A stretch of DNA of 26,607 nt from a virus (Duplodnaviria; Caudoviricetes). Positions 23,868 to 26,607 of the stretch are shown here, piece by piece; positions within the stretch are counted from its first letter, which is position 1; each line of letters starts with the position of its first letter. Location: positions 1-26,607 of IMG/VR virus record IMGVR_UViG_3300046804_000871, one strand, 5' to 3'. Below the pieces are notes generated by a model. The model saw nothing but the letters and a program-made list of their open reading frames with translations. It ran no database searches and was not told the origin of the DNA. Position numbers and translations under genes: made by a program.

Positions 23868-25829
23868 ATGCCCTTACAGAAACTTCAGTTCCGACCGGGT
23901 GTCAACCGGGAATCAACCACGTTGGCCAACGAGGGCGGCTGGTTTGAGTCCGACAAAGTGCGTTTCCGTTCCGGCTACCCAGAAAAAATCGGCGGCTGGG
24001 TCAAAGATCAGGGGCTTCCCACGGAATATGTTCCGCCCACGGGTACGTTCTGGGGCATTTGCCGCTCGATGTGGAACTGGATTACCTTGGCTGGCTACAA
24101 CCTGCTGGGCCTTGGAACAAACCTGAAGTTCTATGTTCAGAATGGTCCGAGCGGTGATTTTCATGACGTGACGCCTATCCGTTCCACCGTTACCGGGGTG
24201 ACCAACGCCTTTACCACGGACGGGACCACGACGGTTATTGTTAACGATACTGGGCACGGAGCACAGAACAACGACTTCGTTACCATTTCAAACGTAACGG
24301 GGCCGGTCAATGGTATTCCGGCGGTGGACTTGGAAGGCGAATTCCAGATCACCTACATCGACAACGACCACTACTCAATCGTATCCCCGGTAACCGCCAC
24401 GTCAAGCGGAACGCCTGCGGTAGACGCAGACTTTGAGTATCAGATCAACACCGGCAGTGATGTGTTTTCCTACGGAGTTGGTTGGGGTGCTGGCGCATGG
24501 GGCGGTGTCAATCCAAGCGGTAATACAGGCTGGGGTGAAGCAGCTACGTCGGGCATTGGATTGCAGCTGCGTTTGTGGAGCCAGGCCAACTTTGGCCAAA
24601 ACCTGATTCTCAATCCGCGCGGTGGCCCGTTGTACTACTGGGTAGTGGACGCCAGTCCCAACACATTTACCCGGGCGCAAGAGCTTTCTTCCACCAACAC
24701 CAACACCCAGAACGGCATTCAGTGGTGGCTGACGGATGTGGATTGCCCGTCCATTTGCAACTTTGTCATGGTGTCTGACGCGCAGCGGTTTGTGCTGGCA
24801 TTTGGCGTTAACGACTACGGTTCTTCGGCTATTGATCCCATGCTGGTTCGTTGGTCGGATCAGGAAAACCTGGCCGTATGGACGCCAGACATTACCAACC
24901 AGGCAGGTAGCTATAGACTGAGCCGTGGGTCGCAGATCATTACGGCGATTCAGACTCGTCAGGAAGTGTTGGTGCTTACCGATGCAGCCATTTATTCCAT
25001 GCAGTATCTTGGAGCGCCGTTCGTCTGGGGCTTTCAAATCATGGGAGACAACATCTCCGTCATGGGCCCCAACGCCGTTGCTACAGTCAACAACATCACA
25101 TACTGGATGGGTGTTGACAAGTTCTACATGTACTCCGGTCGAGTGGAAACCCTTCCGTGCACCCTCCGTCAGTACATCTACGACGACATTAACGTCCAGC
25201 AGGGTTTCCAGGCGTTCGCCGGAACCAATGAGGGCTATAACGAAATCTGGTGGTTTTATTGCTCTGCTGCTTCTACCACGGTAGACAAGTACGTGGTGTA
25301 CAACTACTTGGAGCGCACCTGGTATTACGGCAATCTTGGCCGTAGTTCTTGGTTGGATAGCCCGCTACGTAGCCAGCCCATGGCCACGCCCTACGCTGGA
25401 TCAAACGGCCAGCTGGTTTACCATGAGACAGGAAACGATGATGGTACAACTGATCCCCCTTCTCCGATCACTGCTTACGTTCAGTCTTCCGATTTTGATA
25501 TTGGTGACGGCCACAACTTTGGCTTTGTTTGGCGTCTGATTCCTGACATCACGTTTGACGGGTCGGATGTAAACAAGCCCCAAGCCAACTTCACTGTGCG
25601 CCCGCGCCAGTTTCCCGGCACCAATTACGGCACGTCGGACAATCCGGCAGTTAAGAGTACGCAGAATTACGTAGGCCAGCAGTCCTATAACGTGCAGCAG
25701 TTCACGGAGCAGGTCTATGTCCGGTTGCGTGGCCGTCAGATGGCGTTCCGCGTGGAGTCTGACCAGCTTGGCGTGTCGTGGCAGTTGGGAACCCCGCGCA
25801 TGGATGTGCGCCCGGATGGCCGTCGATGA
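23868..25829 (+). CDS. Putative tail stabilisation / nozzle protein (beta-propeller-like)
   Basis: 653 aa, AGGAG RBS; 'DKVRFRSGYPEKIGGW', 'LVRWSDQE', 'EIWWFY', terminal 'DVRPDGRR'. Confidence 0.65.
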   Translation: MPLQKLQFRPGVNRESTTLANEGGWFESDKVRFRSGYPEKIGGWVKDQGLPTEYVPPTGTFWGICRSMWNWITLAGYNLLGLGTNLKFYVQNGPSGDFHDVTPIRSTVTGVTNAFTTDGTTTVIVNDTGHGAQNNDFVTISNVTGPVNGIPAVDLEGEFQITYIDNDHYSIVSPVTATSSGTPAVDADFEYQINTGSDVFSYGVGWGAGAWGGVNPSGNTGWGEAATSGIGLQLRLWSQANFGQNLILNPRGGPLYYWVVDASPNTFTRAQELSSTNTNTQNGIQWWLTDVDCPSICNFVMVSDAQRFVLAFGVNDYGSSAIDPMLVRWSDQENLAVWTPDITNQAGSYRLSRGSQIITAIQTRQEVLVLTDAAIYSMQYLGAPFVWGFQIMGDNISVMGPNAVATVNNITYWMGVDKFYMYSGRVETLPCTLRQYIYDDINVQQGFQAFAGTNEGYNEIWWFYCSAASTTVDKYVVYNYLERTWYYGNLGRSSWLDSPLRSQPMATPYAGSNGQLVYHETGNDDGTTDPPSPITAYVQSSDFDIGDGHNFGFVWRLIPDITFDGSDVNKPQANFTVRPRQFPGTNYGTSDNPAVKSTQNYVGQQSYNVQQFTEQVYVRLRGRQMAFRVESDQLGVSWQLGTPRMDVRPDGRR

Positions 25830-26497
25830 CTTTATACGTTTACACCGAACAAGACCTGCAAAGGTTTGTTGCTCCGCGTTTGGCAGCCGCCCCGGTCGAT
25901 TACGACCAGCGGTTCATGGATCAGTACACCAACATCCTGCGCCTGTATTTCAACCAACTAGACGCATTTAACAGCCAGCTGCGTACAACCGCGCTGTCTC
26001 CCATCAACGATGGGTCGTCTATTTATTTTCCCAACGGGTGTTTTACCTCCAACGCCAACCAAACAGCGGCCAGCACAACGACTGCCTATAACGTGCAGTT
26101 GGACACAACTGAGGCAGCTGACGACATTTCTCTTGTGGGCGGGTATCAAGTCGTCGTTGCCAAGGCCGGGCGGTACAACTTTCAGTTTAGTATTCAGTTG
26201 GCTAACTTGGCCAACTCGACCGAGTCGATCGACATCTGGTTCCATCACAATGGCTTGGACGTGCCCCGGTCTAATAGCCGGTTTGGCATGGCAGCGCGTA
26301 AAAACCCAGCCACGCCTTTTTACTGCATCGGGACAGTCAATACGTTTATTGACATGGCGGCAGGGGACAACGTTAGCTTACAGTGGCATACCACAAACAC
26401 TTCTGCTTTTATCCAGGCGGACCCAGCGGCAGCGTCACCTACACGCCCGGCTTTGCCGTCTGTAATCTTCACGGCAACGTTTGTGTCAAAGATCTGA
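25826..26497 (+). CDS. Putative virion structural protein
   Basis: ATGA overlap at 25826; 'LRLYFNQLD' helix followed by a beta-sandwich ('GRYNFQFSIQL'). Confidence 0.7.
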   Translation: MTLYVYTEQDLQRFVAPRLAAAPVDYDQRFMDQYTNILRLYFNQLDAFNSQLRTTALSPINDGSSIYFPNGCFTSNANQTAASTTTAYNVQLDTTEAADDISLVGGYQVVVAKAGRYNFQFSIQLANLANSTESIDIWFHHNGLDVPRSNSRFGMAARKNPATPFYCIGTVNTFIDMAAGDNVSLQWHTTNTSAFIQADPAAASPTRPALPSVIFTATFVSKI

Positions 26498-26509
26498 AAA
26501 TGTTACGAT
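26481..26509 (+). promoter_or_regulatory. Putative sigma70-type promoter with extended -10
   Basis: TTGTGT (26481-26486), 17 nt, TACGAT (26504-26509) preceded by TGn (26501-26503). Confidence 0.5.
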
Positions 26510-26533
26510 TCAACCAATTTACAGGAGAGCACC

Positions 26534-26607
26534 ATGGGTACTGGTGTAGGTGAAGCCGCCCTGGCGGCGGAAGCGATTGGAGCAGCTGAAGCCGCCGGTG
26601 CTATTGG
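26534..26607 (+). CDS. Truncated ORF, Ala/Gly-rich N-terminus (possible ejection/pilot protein)
   Basis: AGGAGA RBS, 'MGTGVGEAALAAEAIGAAEAAGAI...' runs off the window end. Confidence 0.6.
   Translation, partial: MGTGVGEAALAAEAIGAAEAAGAI

Noticed and set aside
1-26607. tRNA, rRNA, integrase, transposase, intron or intact intein; stop-codon reassignment
   Set aside because: None recognised; intergenic gaps are minimal, terL appears uninterrupted, and TAA, TGA and TAG all end genes normally.

Overview
A 26.6-kb, all-plus-strand morphogenesis and lysis region of a tailed dsDNA phage (Caudoviricetes, podovirus-like: P22-type portal with a Q-rich barrel, and no tape-measure, sheath or tube genes in the window). 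Gene order: terminase small and large subunits, portal, GroES-like co-chaperonin, scaffold, decoration-like protein, Mu gpT-type major capsid protein, then a terminator/promoter/pseudoknotted RNA element. Next come an array of small Lys-rich ORFs sharing a hydrophobic-x-x-Gly-Gly motif, neck/adaptor proteins, paralogous and repeat-rich tail proteins, and a collagen-like fibre with three 87-aa repeats and an S74-type chaperone, coupled to a 2OG-Fe(II) oxygenase. A Gly-rich/cupin module follows, then a lysis cassette (overlapping membrane ORFs, T4-holin-like protein, 3TM holin, GH24 lysozyme), a tail stabilisation-type protein and a truncated final ORF. Most notable: (i) the basic micro-protein array with shared motifs, (ii) the triple-helix pseudoknot RNA with its own promoter downstream of the capsid gene, (iii) the collagen fibre-hydroxylase pair, (iv) the multi-component lysis cassette with a probable ATT start. 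All family assignments come from motif recognition by eye, not from database searches.
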